Part shown: positions 39,739 to 50,592 of the stretch, piece after piece | How positions within the stretch are numbered: the first letter of the stretch is position 1 | How the letters are laid out: each line of letters begins with the position of its first letter | Source: Reclinomonas americana ATCC 50394 | Taxonomy: Eukaryota | Assembly: GCA_048213135.1 (NCBI GenBank) | Contig: PS015009.1 | Location: 2,108,001 to 2,172,000, forward strand | Direction: 5' to 3' | DNA: 64,000 nt | Program-made: the position numbers and the translations under genes | The notes under the pieces: model-generated | Database searches by the model: none | What the model was told of the DNA's origin: nothing | What the model saw: the letters and a program-made list of their open reading frames with translations, nothing else

Positions 39739-41199
39739 TTACTTATTGTTCAACTCCATAAGATGGCCGGAGAGTTGCAGCAAAGTTAACTCATCCTGCT
39801 TTTTGGTCATCAGCTGAAGGCCAAAAGGCATCCCGTTGCTGTGCCGGAACAGGGGAATGGAAATACCCGGGATACCGGTAAGGTTGGCGAAAACCGTATA
39901 AATATCCGCCAGGTACATGGCAATGGGATCATCCGATTTTTCCCCCAGCGGGAAAGCCGTTACCGGGCTGGTTGGCAATATAACTGCATCATAATCAGCA
40001 AATACAGAGTCTGTTTTATCAACCAGCATTCGCCTTACCTGTTGTGCTTTTCCATAGTAAGCATCATAGTAACCGGCGCTCAGCACAAAAGTGCCCAGCA
40101 TAATCCGGTTCTGCACTTCTTTGCCAAAACCCTCACTCCGGCTGTGCTTATAAAAATCTGTTAATTCCTCCACGGGGACCTGTGTACGGTGACCATAACG
40201 TACCCCGTCGAACCGGCTGAGGTTGCTGCTGGCTTCGGCAGTGGTGAGCACATAATAGGCCGGTACCACGTAATCCAGCAGTTCAAACGGCACGGGTTCA
40301 ATAGTATGACCCTGTTTTGTAAGGATATCGATAAGTCCGCTGATCTTTTCCCTGATCTCTGTATCCAGTGAAGGATGGTGCAAGGCTTCGTTAAAGTAAG
40401 CCAGGCGGTATTTTTTTCCGGCTTCGGGTGTTGAGGTAAAAGACGAAGGGGCTTCCTGAAGGGCGGTGCTGTCGTATTCATCGGGCCCGCTCATGATCTG
40501 CAGTAAAAGGGCGATGTCGCCGATCGTATTGGCGAAAATGCCTACCTGGTCGAAGGAAGAAGCATAAGCGATGAGGCCGTACCTCGATATCCTGCCATAA
40601 GTAGGTTTCATACCGATGATACCGCAAAAATCGGCAGGTTGTCTTACTGAACCGCCGGTGTCGCTGCCCAGGCTGGTCATACACAGACCTGCCTGTACGG
40701 CCACCGCGCTGCCGCCCGAAGAACCGCCGGGCACCCGGGTTTCGTCGAGTGCATTCAGCACATTACCGTATACCGAATTTTCGTTGGAACTGCCCATGGC
40801 AAACTCATCGCAATTGCAGGCACCGATGATGATGGCTTCTTCGTCAATCAGGCGTTGTACCGATGTGGCGGTGTATATGCTGGTAAAACCTTCGAGTATT
40901 TTAGAGGAGGCGGTTACTTTATGTCCTGCATAACAAAGCACGTCTTTTATGGCGATCACCACACCGTGCAATTGTTTCATGGGTTCGCCGGAATGACGGC
41001 GGGCATCCAGCCTTGCAGCCGTGGCCAGCGCTTCTTCCGCGTACACTTCGGTGAAGGCGTTGAGGTGCTGCTTTGTTTGTATCTGCTGCAGGTAATAATT
41101 CACCGCGTCGGTGCAGGTATAACGCTGACTGGAAAGGTCCTGCCGGTATTGCTGAATATCACTGAAACTGAACATGGGCGGGCGGGTTATATTATGCAA
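39739..41199 (-). CDS. gatA: Asp/Glu-tRNA amidotransferase subunit A
   Basis: PGGSSGGSA, GSDTGGSVRQPA, SSNLSRFDGVRYG; start may be ATG 41175. Confidence 0.97.
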   Translation of the reverse strand: MHNITRPPMFSFSDIQQYRQDLSSQRYTCTDAVNYYLQQIQTKQHLNAFTEVYAEEALATAARLDARRHSGEPMKQLHGVVIAIKDVLCYAGHKVTASSKILEGFTSIYTATSVQRLIDEEAIIIGACNCDEFAMGSSNENSVYGNVLNALDETRVPGGSSGGSAVAVQAGLCMTSLGSDTGGSVRQPADFCGIIGMKPTYGRISRYGLIAYASSFDQVGIFANTIGDIALLLQIMSGPDEYDSTALQEAPSSFTSTPEAGKKYRLAYFNEALHHPSLDTEIREKISGLIDILTKQGHTIEPVPFELLDYVVPAYYVLTTAEASSNLSRFDGVRYGHRTQVPVEELTDFYKHSRSEGFGKEVQNRIMLGTFVLSAGYYDAYYGKAQQVRRMLVDKTDSVFADYDAVILPTSPVTAFPLGEKSDDPIAMYLADIYTVFANLTGIPGISIPLFRHSNGMPFGLQLMTKKQDELTLLQLSGHLMELNNK

Positions 41200-41264
41200 T
41201 CGGCTGAAGCGCTCCCGGGAATCCCGGAATTCACTTCAGCCGAAGTACAGCATAGAGCTGTTGT

Positions 41265-41501
41265 TTATTGCTGAGGTAACTGTTGTTTAGTAGCGTCTTT
41301 TTCTTTCATGCCTTCTTCAATCTCACTTTTCACATTGTTCTTGGCATCATTGAATTCACGCATACCGCGACCGATACCCCTCATCAGTTCAGGAATTTTT
41401 TTGCCGCCAAACATCAGTAACACAACAATGATGATCAGGATCCATTCGCTGCCACCGGGCATTGACAATAACAACACCGTATCAAAAAATGAAGTAACCA
41501 T
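41265..41501 (-). CDS. tatA: Twin-arginine translocase TatA/TatE subunit
   Basis: [40 protein letters not shown] promoter element at 41519-41526 (- strand). Confidence 0.95.
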   Translation of the reverse strand: MVTSFFDTVLLLSMPGGSEWILIIIVVLLMFGGKKIPELMRGIGRGMREFNDAKNNVKSEIEEGMKEKDATKQQLPQQ

Positions 41502-41608
41502 AGTAATTATTTAGACAGCAAAGATAATCCAATTATTGTGTTAGTTATACCATTTGGCACAACAATATTAACCTGCGCTTAACAGGTATTTTTCCGAACC
41601 GTGATGGA

Positions 41609-41737
41609 TTAACGGATGTAATTTTTGCCGCACCTGGCTTTGCCGTTGGCTGCCTGCTCGGGCGATATGCCCCTGGCGCATGAACTGATGAAGACTACAG
41701 TGAAAACGATGGCCGCAGCCAAAAGAACTTTTCTCAT
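41609..41737 (-). CDS. Small lipoprotein (42 aa), absent from the ORF track
   Basis: MRKVLLAAAIVFTVVFISSCARGISPEQAANGKARCGKNYIR; lipobox ISSC. Confidence 0.7.
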   Translation of the reverse strand: MRKVLLAAAIVFTVVFISSCARGISPEQAANGKARCGKNYIR

Positions 41738-41855
41738 GGTTAAATGTGGTTTAAGGTTAGCAATTAATAATTCAGGGTAAAACTGTTGTATTCAGAGGGA
41801 GCGAATTTTGAACAATAATAAACAAAATTTATACCAAATTGAAAATCACAGGCAT

Positions 41856-41887
41856 AAAAAAAGCGAAAATGCCATGATTTTCGCTTT
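41856..41887 (-). terminator. Terminator after rplS
   Basis: aaagcgaaaat...attttcgcttt hairpin with poly-T on the - strand. Confidence 0.8.
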
Positions 41888-41905
41888 CCAATATAGTAAA
41901 ACAGC

Positions 41906-42271
41906 TTATTTAGCTGATACAGCCATTCTTTTTTCCTTAATACGGGCGCTTTTACCGCTCCTTTCACGGAGGTAGTACAACCTTGCCCTGCGCACTTTAC
42001 CCACTTTATTGAGGGTAATGCTTTCAATGTTGGGAGAGTAGATAGGGAACAGGCGTTCAACACCTACACCATCACTGATCTTCCTAACTGTAAATGAAGC
42101 AGTTGCGCCGGTACCCTGGCGTTTAATCACATCGCCTTTAAAGCTCTGGATACGCTCTTTGGTACCTTCAATGATCTTATAGTTAACAGTGACATTGTCA
42201 CCTGCTTTAAACTTGGGGAGAGACGTTGACTTGTTGGTCAGTTGCTCATGAACAAAATTAATCGCGTCCAT
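41906..42271 (-). CDS. rplS: 50S ribosomal protein L19
   Basis: [35 protein letters not shown] 42271; TACCTTTG promoter at 42293-42300 (- strand). Confidence 0.98.
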   Translation of the reverse strand: MDAINFVHEQLTNKSTSLPKFKAGDNVTVNYKIIEGTKERIQSFKGDVIKRQGTGATASFTVRKISDGVGVERLFPIYSPNIESITLNKVGKVRRARLYYLRERSGKSARIKEKRMAVSAK

Positions 42272-42356
42272 ATCTTTTATTTTAACGGACGGCAAAGGTA
42301 GGGGAAAGTTTTGAGTTTCCATCTTTTTTTGCCGGTTTAAATTATGTTTTTTGAAT

Positions 42357-42417
42357 TCGGGATGCCGGATACGGGATGCCAGACCCGGCACCCCGTATCC
42401 GGAATCCGGTACCTGGT
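42357..42417. repeat. Inverted clusters of ~7-bp repeats (GGATRCC/G)
   Basis: gggatgccggatacgggatgcc...ggcaccccgtatccggaatcc; a similar tract at 62800-62840. Confidence 0.65.
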
Positions 42418-42419
42418 AA

Positions 42420-43985
42420 TTACCTCGCTACATTCACCGACCTTTTTTCCCTGATCACGGTCACTTTGATCTGGCCGGGGAAGGTCATTTCAGTCTGTAT
42501 TTTCTGGGCGATCTCGAAGCTCAGTTTGTCGCTGTCGCTGTCGGTCACCTTATCGGCTTCCACGATTACACGGAGCTCACGGCCGGCCTGTATGGCATAG
42601 GCTTTTTCCACGCCGTTATAGGCCAGGGCCAGGTTCTCCAGGTCTTTGATACGCTGAATATACTGTTGCATGATCTCGCGACGGGCACCGGGCCTTGCAC
42701 CGCTGATGGCATCGCAGGCCTGGATGATGGGAGAGATCACGTATTGCATTTCCATTTCATCGTGGTGAGCGCCGATGGCATTCACTACGGCTGGATTTTC
42801 ACCATATTTTTCAGCCAGCTTAGCGCCGAGCAGGGCATGGCTCAGTTCGGTTTCCTCGTCGGGTACTTTACCAATATCGTGGAGCAGACCAGCCCTTTTG
42901 GCCAGTTTGGGGTTCATGCCCAGTTCTGATGCCATGATGGCGCAGAGGTTAGCCGTTTCGCGGCTGTGCATCAGCAGGTTTTGTCCGTAAGAAGAACGGA
43001 AACGCATCCTGCCCACCATGCGGATGAGTTCTTTATGCAGACCGTGAACACCCAGTTCCATAGCGGTACGTTCGCCTATTTCCATTACCTGGTCGTCGAG
43101 CTGGCGTTTGGTTTTTTCCACTACTTCCTCAATACGGGCGGGGTGAATACGTCCGTCGGCCACCAGTCTCTGCAGCGACAAACGGGCAATCTCCCTTCTC
43201 AGCGGATCGAAAGAGGAAAGTACAATGGCTTCGGGGGTGTCGTCTACAATAAGATCCACGCCGGTAGCGGCTTCTATGGCTCTGATGTTGCGGCCTTCAC
43301 GACCGATGATTGAGCCTTTGATCTCGTCGCTTTCGAGATTGAAAACGGTAATGGCGTTCTCGATGGCTTGTTCAGCCGCGGTACGCTGTATGGTCTGGAT
43401 CACGATTTTGCGTGCTTCCTTATTGGCTTTCTGTTTGGCTTCTTCAATGATCTCCTGCTGAATAACGAGGGCCCTGGTATTGGCTTCCTGGCGGAGGCTT
43501 TCAATAAGCTGGGCTTTGGCATCTTCGGCACTCAGACCGGCTACTTTTTCCAGGCGGCGGATGTGTTCTTCCTGGTGTTTTTCCAGTTCGGTACGTTTGA
43601 TATTTACCACCTCTATCTGGCGGTTGAGGTTCTCCTTGATGGCCTCATTTTCCTTCACCTGTTTTTCCAGGCCCTGGTCCTTTTGGTTAAGGGATTGTTC
43701 TTTTTGTTTGATGCGGTTCTCAGATTCAGCCAGTTTCTGGTTGCGCTGCAATACCTCTTTGTCGTGGTCAGCCTTTAACTGTACGAACTTTTCCTTGGCT
43801 TCGAGCAGTTTTTCTTTCTTGAGGTTTTCAGCCTGTGCCTGGCTGTCGCTGATGATCTTTTGCGCCTGCGCCTCTGCTTCCGCTACTTTTTGCTGGGTAT
43901 TTTTCGCAAAAATGACCTTACCCAGTACAATGCCGATGATGAGCGCGGCAACGCCTATAATAATGTATAATATTACCGGTTCCAT
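42420..43985 (-). CDS. rny: Ribonuclease Y
   Basis: N-terminal TM, coiled coil, KH ([10 protein letters not shown]), HD (LLHDIGK), [11 protein letters not shown]. Confidence 0.98.
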   Translation of the reverse strand: MEPVILYIIIGVAALIIGIVLGKVIFAKNTQQKVAEAEAQAQKIISDSQAQAENLKKEKLLEAKEKFVQLKADHDKEVLQRNQKLAESENRIKQKEQSLNQKDQGLEKQVKENEAIKENLNRQIEVVNIKRTELEKHQEEHIRRLEKVAGLSAEDAKAQLIESLRQEANTRALVIQQEIIEEAKQKANKEARKIVIQTIQRTAAEQAIENAITVFNLESDEIKGSIIGREGRNIRAIEAATGVDLIVDDTPEAIVLSSFDPLRREIARLSLQRLVADGRIHPARIEEVVEKTKRQLDDQVMEIGERTAMELGVHGLHKELIRMVGRMRFRSSYGQNLLMHSRETANLCAIMASELGMNPKLAKRAGLLHDIGKVPDEETELSHALLGAKLAEKYGENPAVVNAIGAHHDEMEMQYVISPIIQACDAISGARPGARREIMQQYIQRIKDLENLALAYNGVEKAYAIQAGRELRVIVEADKVTDSDSDKLSFEIAQKIQTEMTFPGQIKVTVIREKRSVNVAR

Positions 43986-44128
43986 TTAGTTGTAGTGTTT
44001 TAAATCTGTTCAAAATCATATATATAACCTCTCAGGCCACATAAAATGCGGCAGATCAACGAAGATAGGCAATTTGTTGTAGTTAATTGCGAAGAGGGGC
44101 TGCGGGCGGTGTAACAATTTCATTTTTG

Positions 44129-44193
44129 GTCATTCCGACTATAGGAGGAATCTCTCTCCTATGCCGAAAGATACCTCGTTACCTCGGTATGAC
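44129..44193. repeat. GTCAT...ATGAC palindromic repeat
   Basis: gtcattccgactataggaggaatct...agatacctcgttacctcggtatgac, same family as 12038-12100. Confidence 0.7.
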
Positions 44194-44197
44194 ACAA

Positions 44198-44256
44198 CGG
44201 AACGGGGTTCAAACTGGCGTACTACCAGGTTACGGGCCGGGAAGACTATCCTGGTT
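44198..44256 (-). ncRNA. Candidate 5' part of 6S RNA (ssrS), apparently truncated
   Basis: TTCCCGGCCCGTAACCTGGTAGTACGCCAGTTTGAACCCC upstream of rny, the syntenic 6S position; TTGAACC motif; no 3' complementary arm seen. Confidence 0.35.
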
Positions 44257-44317
44257 ATTTTCACAGAGAGCACGAAGGAGTTATATGATGTTCTTATCCC
44301 TTTGTCCCGGGGCAGGA

Positions 44318-45349
44318 TTAAAATTTCGGGCACCGTACGTCATCGGCGTAGCTGTTCTCATTGTTGCGATAGCGCTGGTAAGTAAGCGACAGTTCAAAAC
44401 CGCCCCTGCCGGTACTGGCTGTTTTCAACTGGGAAATATTGATGTCGTAACTGAGTGCAATGGCCAGTGGTTTTTTCTCCATTTTGATCACGGGTATAAA
44501 GGCATCGCCCCACCTTAAAAATCCGCCTGCGTGGATCACGTAAGTAGGATCATCCACGTCATCAAGTTTTTTTGAGAAAAGAGCGCCAAACACGGCTTCC
44601 CGGTAAGGTCCCTGGCTGGAGTAATCACCTTCAATGGTAAAGAATGACCCGTCGTTGATATTCATACGCAAACCTGCTGAGCCCACCCACTTGGGTATCA
44701 TCTCGTAATTGGGATTGCCATAGAAAGATACTTTGGTGGCTTTGTTGAGGTGCTGGTAAGAAAGCGCCACATACAGGTTGTCATCCTCATTACTGCCCAG
44801 TTGGGTGCTGAAACTCATACCTACACCGGCATCGAGGTAGGAATAGGAACTGCGCAGGTTGGTTTCGCCGTCGGACAGACCCGGGTTAAAACCGGTGCCA
44901 TCGAACTGGCTGTTGGTGGTTACTTTGCTGCGGTCGATACGGCGTTGCACCCAGCCGCCGGTAAAGCCAAGCGACAGGTACATATTTCTTTCCGAGTTGA
45001 GGGACTTGTGGTAATTCAGTACAGGGAGTATATGCGTTGCCGTAAGGTCGATGGTGCCGGCCTTATCATACAGCACGGCAGCGCCGATGGTCACAAAGTC
45101 ATTTCTTTTGCCGATGGGCATTTTTATTTCACCGTTGAAGGAACCTGTTTTATACGCCTGGGTAACACTGTTCCACTGGCTGCGGTATACGGCCTGCACG
45201 CGGATGTCGCCGCTGAAAATGCCCGCCAGCGCGGGGTTGCGCAGTAGGGGCGTTTCAAAGAATAGAGAAAAGTGTATATCCTGGGCTCGTATTCCGGAGA
45301 CACACAACAACAAAGCGCACAACAGGCTTATAGGTAATCTTTTACTCAT
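44318..45349 (-). CDS. PorP/SprF-family T9SS membrane protein
   Basis: AQDIHFSLFFETPLLRNPALAG, YRSQW, SYDINIS...GGFELSL, CPKF. Confidence 0.93.
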   Translation of the reverse strand: MSKRLPISLLCALLLCVSGIRAQDIHFSLFFETPLLRNPALAGIFSGDIRVQAVYRSQWNSVTQAYKTGSFNGEIKMPIGKRNDFVTIGAAVLYDKAGTIDLTATHILPVLNYHKSLNSERNMYLSLGFTGGWVQRRIDRSKVTTNSQFDGTGFNPGLSDGETNLRSSYSYLDAGVGMSFSTQLGSNEDDNLYVALSYQHLNKATKVSFYGNPNYEMIPKWVGSAGLRMNINDGSFFTIEGDYSSQGPYREAVFGALFSKKLDDVDDPTYVIHAGGFLRWGDAFIPVIKMEKKPLAIALSYDINISQLKTASTGRGGFELSLTYQRYRNNENSYADDVRCPKF

Positions 45350-45389
45350 GGTTTTTTATTTAGAGATATGGATTTCATTTTTTTATGCT

Positions 45390-48300
45390 TTACCTCAGCA
45401 GTGCCACATTGCCTTTAAGCACCAGTACGGTGCCGTTCTCGCACTGCACTTCGGCGGTGTACACATATACATCGGGCGGCAATTTGGCTCCTTTATAAGT
45501 GCCGTCCCATCCGGCGGCGGCATCGTTTGGTTTTACCGCTACTTTCTGAAACATCACTTCTCCCCAGCGGTTGAATACGTTCAGCGATTTGATGTCGAAT
45601 AACCCTGAACCTCTTACATAGAAAATGTCGTTGGTGCCATCGCCATTCGGTGAAAACGTATTCGGTATAAATACATTGGCATTATCGCACAGGATGCTGA
45701 TGGTAACCTCATCCCTCGATTTACAGCCTCCTGCATTCACCACTTCGGCGAAATAAGTTGTGGTCTCTCTTGGTTTTACAGTGATGGAAGGATAGTTGCT
45801 GCTCACCGTCGTATTCACAGGACTCCAGTTTACAGAAGTCACATCGGCAGAAACCGTTGGCGTAAGTACGGTGGTTTGCCCGGCGCTGATGGTCCTGTCC
45901 TTACCGGCATCCACCGTTGGATAATTATACACTACAACAGGTATATAAGCGGTATCGCGGAAGCAGCGTTTATCGTCGGTGCCGATAACGCGGTATACCG
46001 TGGTTACAGAAGGAGCCGCTGTTACAATGGGCGAAGTAATGCTGCTGAGGCCTGATGACGGGCTCCAATTATAGGTATGGGCGCCGGTGGCAAAAAGCCG
46101 TACAGACCCGCCTTTGCAAAGGGTATCGCCGATGCTGTTCTGCATCACGAAGGGCTGTTTCACATACACCCTTACGGTATCGGTATTATGACAACCGTGT
46201 ATGGTGCTGCCGGTAACAATGTAATCTGTTTCGGTAACCGGGGAAGCTACCGGGTTCGGACAATCCACACAACTCAACCCGGTTGATGGGGTCCAGGCAT
46301 AATTATCGGCGCCGGTGGCATGGAGGGTAATACCCGATCCGCGGCAGACGAGTGTATCAATACCGGCCCCTACTGTTGGAACGATGAAGGCTTCAATGTT
46401 GTGATCAACGGTGTCTTTGCATCCGCTGCTGTTGGTAACGATCAGCCGTACAGGATAAACCGCCGCTGTAGTGTACACCTGTGCCGGCGGATTTTGTACG
46501 GTGGAAAGATTACCATTGCCAAAATTCCAGCTCCAGGTGACTGCAGAAGTATCAGCAACTACCGATGCGGTAAATGTGGCGGTAAGCGGGGCGCAGCCAT
46601 TCGCGGGAGGCGCAATGGATGCTATGGGTGAAGCCACAATCTTAACAGGTGTTGGTTTTTGTGCAGTATCCTTACAGCCACTCAGCGTGGTGACTACCAG
46701 CCGCGGATAATAGAGGCCGGGTGCTGAATATAAATGAACGGGATTTTGCTGGGTGGATGTTTGTCCGTCGCCAAAATCCCAGTCATAGGAAGCAATGCCA
46801 TCATTGCTGGTAGTAGAGTCTGAAAAACTCACCAAACCCTTATCACATAATACCGGCGTTTCAAACCCGAAATTGGCAACAGCGCCTTTAACTTTAATGG
46901 TATCGGGTCCGGTAATGGGTACCTGGCAACCTGCGGCATCCACCAGTATCATTTTAGGAACATAATTGCCGGGAATGGTATAGGTATATGTAAGTACAGA
47001 GTCGGTAGTGGGCAGAATACTGCCGTCGTTAAAGTCCCATACAAACGACAACCTGCTTTGTGTAGTGGCGGTGAAGGATACCTGCAGTGGCTGGCAGCCG
47101 GTCAGGGGCGCATAGGTAAAATTACCTTCAGGTCCTTTTACGATCACCTGCTTTACCAGTTCGTGTGTACAACCACCCGGACTTTCAATGCTCAGTTTCA
47201 CATTATAAATACCGGGGTAAGAATAAAAATGCGAAGGGTCGTTGGTTTGTGCGGAAGTGCCATCGCCGAAATCCCAGCTAATGGAAGTGGCGTTCAGCGA
47301 AGTATTGGTAAAGTTCACGATCAGTGGCGGACAGGTGCCTACCGAGTCGCTCATGGTAAACCCGGCAACAGGAGAGGCGATCTTCACCGTTCTGTTCATC
47401 GAATCTTTACAACCATACTGATCGGTGATCACGAGTTTTACATCATATATTCCATCAGCCGCATAAGTATGCACTGGATTAACATCGGTGCTGGTGGTGG
47501 CATCGCCAAAATACCAGGTATGATTGAGGTTAGGACCTGTGGATGTATTGCTGAATGTAATGTTTTTGCCGGGGCAGGAAACGGTATCAGGTGTGGTAAA
47601 CAGTGCCACCGGTTTGGAAACAGTAATGGCGGCGGTATGCAGGATACTATCGGCACAACCTTTGCTGTCGGTCACTTTCAGCCGTACATCATACACACCC
47701 GGTGCGGTGTAGCTGTGAATAAAAGGCGGGGCCGTAAATGTTACGGTATTGCCATCGCCAAAATTCCATATCCAGCTGGTAATGGGATTAACGCCATCTC
47801 CGGTGGAATTGTCGGTAAATACGGTTGCACTCTGTGAGCAGGTGCCTGGCGCCGATGGAGCGAATGCCGCAACAGGGCCGTTCACTCTTATATGCAGGGG
47901 CTTCAGTAAGGTATCGGCGCAACCCAGCATGTCAACAATGACCAGCCGTACACTGTACGTTCCCGATTGCGTATATACGTGGGAAATGGCTTTACCCGAA
48001 CCGGTATTGCCGTCACCAAAATCCCAGCTGTAAGAAGCGATGTTGGCTTCGGTCATGCCTTTAGCTGCAAAATCGATACTGCTGTTGCGGCATATCTCCC
48101 GCTGCGATTCGGTGAAATCCGCTTTCTCATCCATTACCTGTATTACCTGTGTTCGCGTGTATTCGCAACCGGTAGTATGGTTGCGCACGAGCAGGGTTAC
48201 GGTATAGGTACCCGGTGCTGCATAGGTATGCGTGGGGCTTTGCACCGTAGTCGTATTGCCATCTCCGAAGTCCCAGTTCCATTCATCCGCGCCAAGGGAC

Positions 48301-50177
48301 TGATCGGTAAACACCCGTATGAATGGAGTGGCACAATTGAACGTTGGTGTGAAACGGGCGATAGGCGGCTTAATATGTATATAGTTATTGAATCGTATGG
48401 TATCGGGGCAGCCGCGGTTCCATACAATCAGTTGTACATGGAAGTAGCCGGTGTCTTCGTATATATGGGTTGGGTTTTGTTGCGTGGAAGTGGCACCATC
48501 ACCAAAGCTCCACAGCCAGTGGGTGACATTGCCCGTAGAAAGATCCGTAAAGAAAACCGGTACCTGGGCACACACATCGCGGGGGTTAGCGCTGAAATTG
48601 GCAACGGGTTTGTCGCTGGCAATAATGGCGTTCTCTGCATAGGCCGTGTCTTTGCAACCACCTGCTGTAGTAATGATGAGCCTGATGTTGTAAATGCCTG
48701 TTGCAAAAACATGCGTGGGGTTAGGCAGTGTGGATGTGCCGCCATCGCCGAAATCCCATTCATACTGCACCACAGGGTCAATTGAATTCACGGTGGCGGT
48801 GAACATATGTGTAAGCGGGGCACAACCGCTGTCGGGTACATTATTGATGGTGACTTCCGGCGCCTGTATGCGTACATATGCGGTACGTATCAATGTATCG
48901 CTGCAACCGTTGATGTTGGTCGTGATCAGCCTTACATTAAAATCGCCGTAGGCGGTATACAGGTGCGAAGGATTGAATGCCGCCGATGTATTGCCGTCAC
49001 CGAAATCCCATTGATAAGTAAGACCACCACTGCTGGTATTGTTGAAATTGACCAGTAATGGCGGGGCGCAACTACTGAGCGGATTGGCCGTAAAACCAGC
49101 GATGGGCTTGGATAATACGTTGATGAACCGGAATGCGGAATCGGAACAATTACCGAATTGCGCTACCAGTTTTACCCGATAAACACCCGGTGTACTGTAT
49201 AACTTGACAGGACTAAGCGAGGTGGAGGTGGTGGCGTCGCCAAAATCCCATAATACCGATGACGGCGCGGGTGTTGACGTATTGGTAAAAGTGATGCTGT
49301 TGTTGACACAAACCATATCGGGGCTGGTGAAGGCCGCGTCAACAATGCCGATGGAAACGGCGTTGGCCACCACCAGTGTATCGCTGCAACCCATATTGTT
49401 GGTAACGATCAGCGTTACGGTATAGGTGCCGGCAACGGTATAATTATGAGAAGGGTTGACAGCTGTAGAAGTGCCGCCATCTCCAAAATTCCATTGATAA
49501 CTTAATGTGCCCGGACCTGTGGAAGTGTTGGTAAAGCTGATAAGTGACGGCAGGTCGCAGTTGGCAGGCTGTGTGTTGGTAAAACCGGCATGAACCGCTG
49601 CACCCACCTGTACGTATTGTGGTTTGGTGAGACTGGTTACACAACCAAAGCTGTTCGTTACTTTCAGAGATACGTTGAAGTTACCCGCCGCGGTATAAGT
49701 ATGGGATGGATTATTAGTATTGTCGAGGTTACCATCGCCAAAATCCCACTGGATGGAACTGATACTGCCACTGCCCGCCGAAGCCTGGTTGGTGAATTGT
49801 ACGGGTAAAGGAATACAGCCGGTCAGGGGCGCCCCGGTGAAACCCACCGTGGGTTTGGCATGTACGGTGATATAGGCGGTTTTGGTAACGGAATCAGCAT
49901 CGCCGGCCGCGTTACGTACAACCAGTTTAACGGTATAAGTGCCGGGATTAAAATAAGTGGTAGCCGGATTTTGCAGCGTGGAAACGGTAGCGTTGCCCAG
50001 GTCCCATCTCCATTGGTTGGGGTTGCCTGCCGACATATCCGTAAAGCTAACGATGAGTGGCGCACAACCGGAAACCGGCGTGGCGGAAAAGTTGGCTGTG
50101 ACCTGCGCTTTGGTATTGAAACTCAAAGCAGTGATCAGCACCACAAGGAAGAATCTGATTGCATTAGGGGCAATCAT
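45390..50177 (-). CDS. Multi-PKD-domain surface protein with gliding-motility-associated (type B) CTD
   Basis: More than a dozen WDFGDG PKD repeats; FIPNTFSPNGDGTND...FNRWGE...WDGTYKG CTD. Confidence 0.93.
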   Translation of the reverse strand: MIAPNAIRFFLVVLITALSFNTKAQVTANFSATPVSGCAPLIVSFTDMSAGNPNQWRWDLGNATVSTLQNPATTYFNPGTYTVKLVVRNAAGDADSVTKTAYITVHAKPTVGFTGAPLTGCIPLPVQFTNQASAGSGSISSIQWDFGDGNLDNTNNPSHTYTAAGNFNVSLKVTNSFGCVTSLTKPQYVQVGAAVHAGFTNTQPANCDLPSLISFTNTSTGPGTLSYQWNFGDGGTSTAVNPSHNYTVAGTYTVTLIVTNNMGCSDTLVVANAVSIGIVDAAFTSPDMVCVNNSITFTNTSTPAPSSVLWDFGDATTSTSLSPVKLYSTPGVYRVKLVAQFGNCSDSAFRFINVLSKPIAGFTANPLSSCAPPLLVNFNNTSSGGLTYQWDFGDGNTSAAFNPSHLYTAYGDFNVRLITTNINGCSDTLIRTAYVRIQAPEVTINNVPDSGCAPLTHMFTATVNSIDPVVQYEWDFGDGGTSTLPNPTHVFATGIYNIRLIITTAGGCKDTAYAENAIIASDKPVANFSANPRDVCAQVPVFFTDLSTGNVTHWLWSFGDGATSTQQNPTHIYEDTGYFHVQLIVWNRGCPDTIRFNNYIHIKPPIARFTPTFNCATPFIRVFTDQSLGADEWNWDFGDGNTTTVQSPTHTYAAPGTYTVTLLVRNHTTGCEYTRTQVIQVMDEKADFTESQREICRNSSIDFAAKGMTEANIASYSWDFGDGNTGSGKAISHVYTQSGTYSVRLVIVDMLGCADTLLKPLHIRVNGPVAAFAPSAPGTCSQSATVFTDNSTGDGVNPITSWIWNFGDGNTVTFTAPPFIHSYTAPGVYDVRLKVTDSKGCADSILHTAAITVSKPVALFTTPDTVSCPGKNITFSNTSTGPNLNHTWYFGDATTSTDVNPVHTYAADGIYDVKLVITDQYGCKDSMNRTVKIASPVAGFTMSDSVGTCPPLIVNFTNTSLNATSISWDFGDGTSAQTNDPSHFYSYPGIYNVKLSIESPGGCTHELVKQVIVKGPEGNFTYAPLTGCQPLQVSFTATTQSRLSFVWDFNDGSILPTTDSVLTYTYTIPGNYVPKMILVDAAGCQVPITGPDTIKVKGAVANFGFETPVLCDKGLVSFSDSTTSNDGIASYDWDFGDGQTSTQQNPVHLYSAPGLYYPRLVVTTLSGCKDTAQKPTPVKIVASPIASIAPPANGCAPLTATFTASVVADTSAVTWSWNFGNGNLSTVQNPPAQVYTTAAVYPVRLIVTNSSGCKDTVDHNIEAFIVPTVGAGIDTLVCRGSGITLHATGADNYAWTPSTGLSCVDCPNPVASPVTETDYIVTGSTIHGCHNTDTVRVYVKQPFVMQNSIGDTLCKGGSVRLFATGAHTYNWSPSSGLSSITSPIVTAAPSVTTVYRVIGTDDKRCFRDTAYIPVVVYNYPTVDAGKDRTISAGQTTVLTPTVSADVTSVNWSPVNTTVSSNYPSITVKPRETTTYFAEVVNAGGCKSRDEVTISILCDNANVFIPNTFSPNGDGTNDIFYVRGSGLFDIKSLNVFNRWGEVMFQKVAVKPNDAAAGWDGTYKGAKLPPDVYVYTAEVQCENGTVLVLKGNVALLR

Positions 50178-50308
50178 GTGCCTGGTTTTTTATGAATGAT
50201 TGGACTGTACGGTATTATAACTGAAAACAGGGGGTGGAAATTGTACGGAAAAGAGAAAATAACATAAAAAACTTATGCTATTAGGAAGGGAGAAATAAAG
50301 TAATTGAT

Positions 50309-50590
50309 TTACAGCGCTTTGTCTATCTGCTGTTCCATCCGGGTAAGTGCTTCCGTTATTTCTTTTTCAAGGGCGATGTGGTTGCCCGCGGCTACCTGGG
50401 TGGCAAACCATATGATGACCATAGCGATATAATCCTGCATGTCCTTGCCCGCGAACTGGGTTTTGAACTCTACAATCTTTTCGTTGATGGTCTTAACGGT
50501 GCCGCGGATAACTTCCTCATCAGCCGGATCGCTTTTGATCCGGTAGGTGCGGTCGCCAATAACAATATTGATAGGAATGAGTTCTGCCAT
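50309..50590 (-). CDS. zapA: Cell division protein ZapA
   Basis: INIVIGDRTYRI, DMQDYIAM; position between pheT and rny. Confidence 0.9.
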   Translation of the reverse strand: MAELIPINIVIGDRTYRIKSDPADEEVIRGTVKTINEKIVEFKTQFAGKDMQDYIAMVIIWFATQVAAGNHIALEKEITEALTRMEQQIDKAL

Positions 50591-50592
50591 GT

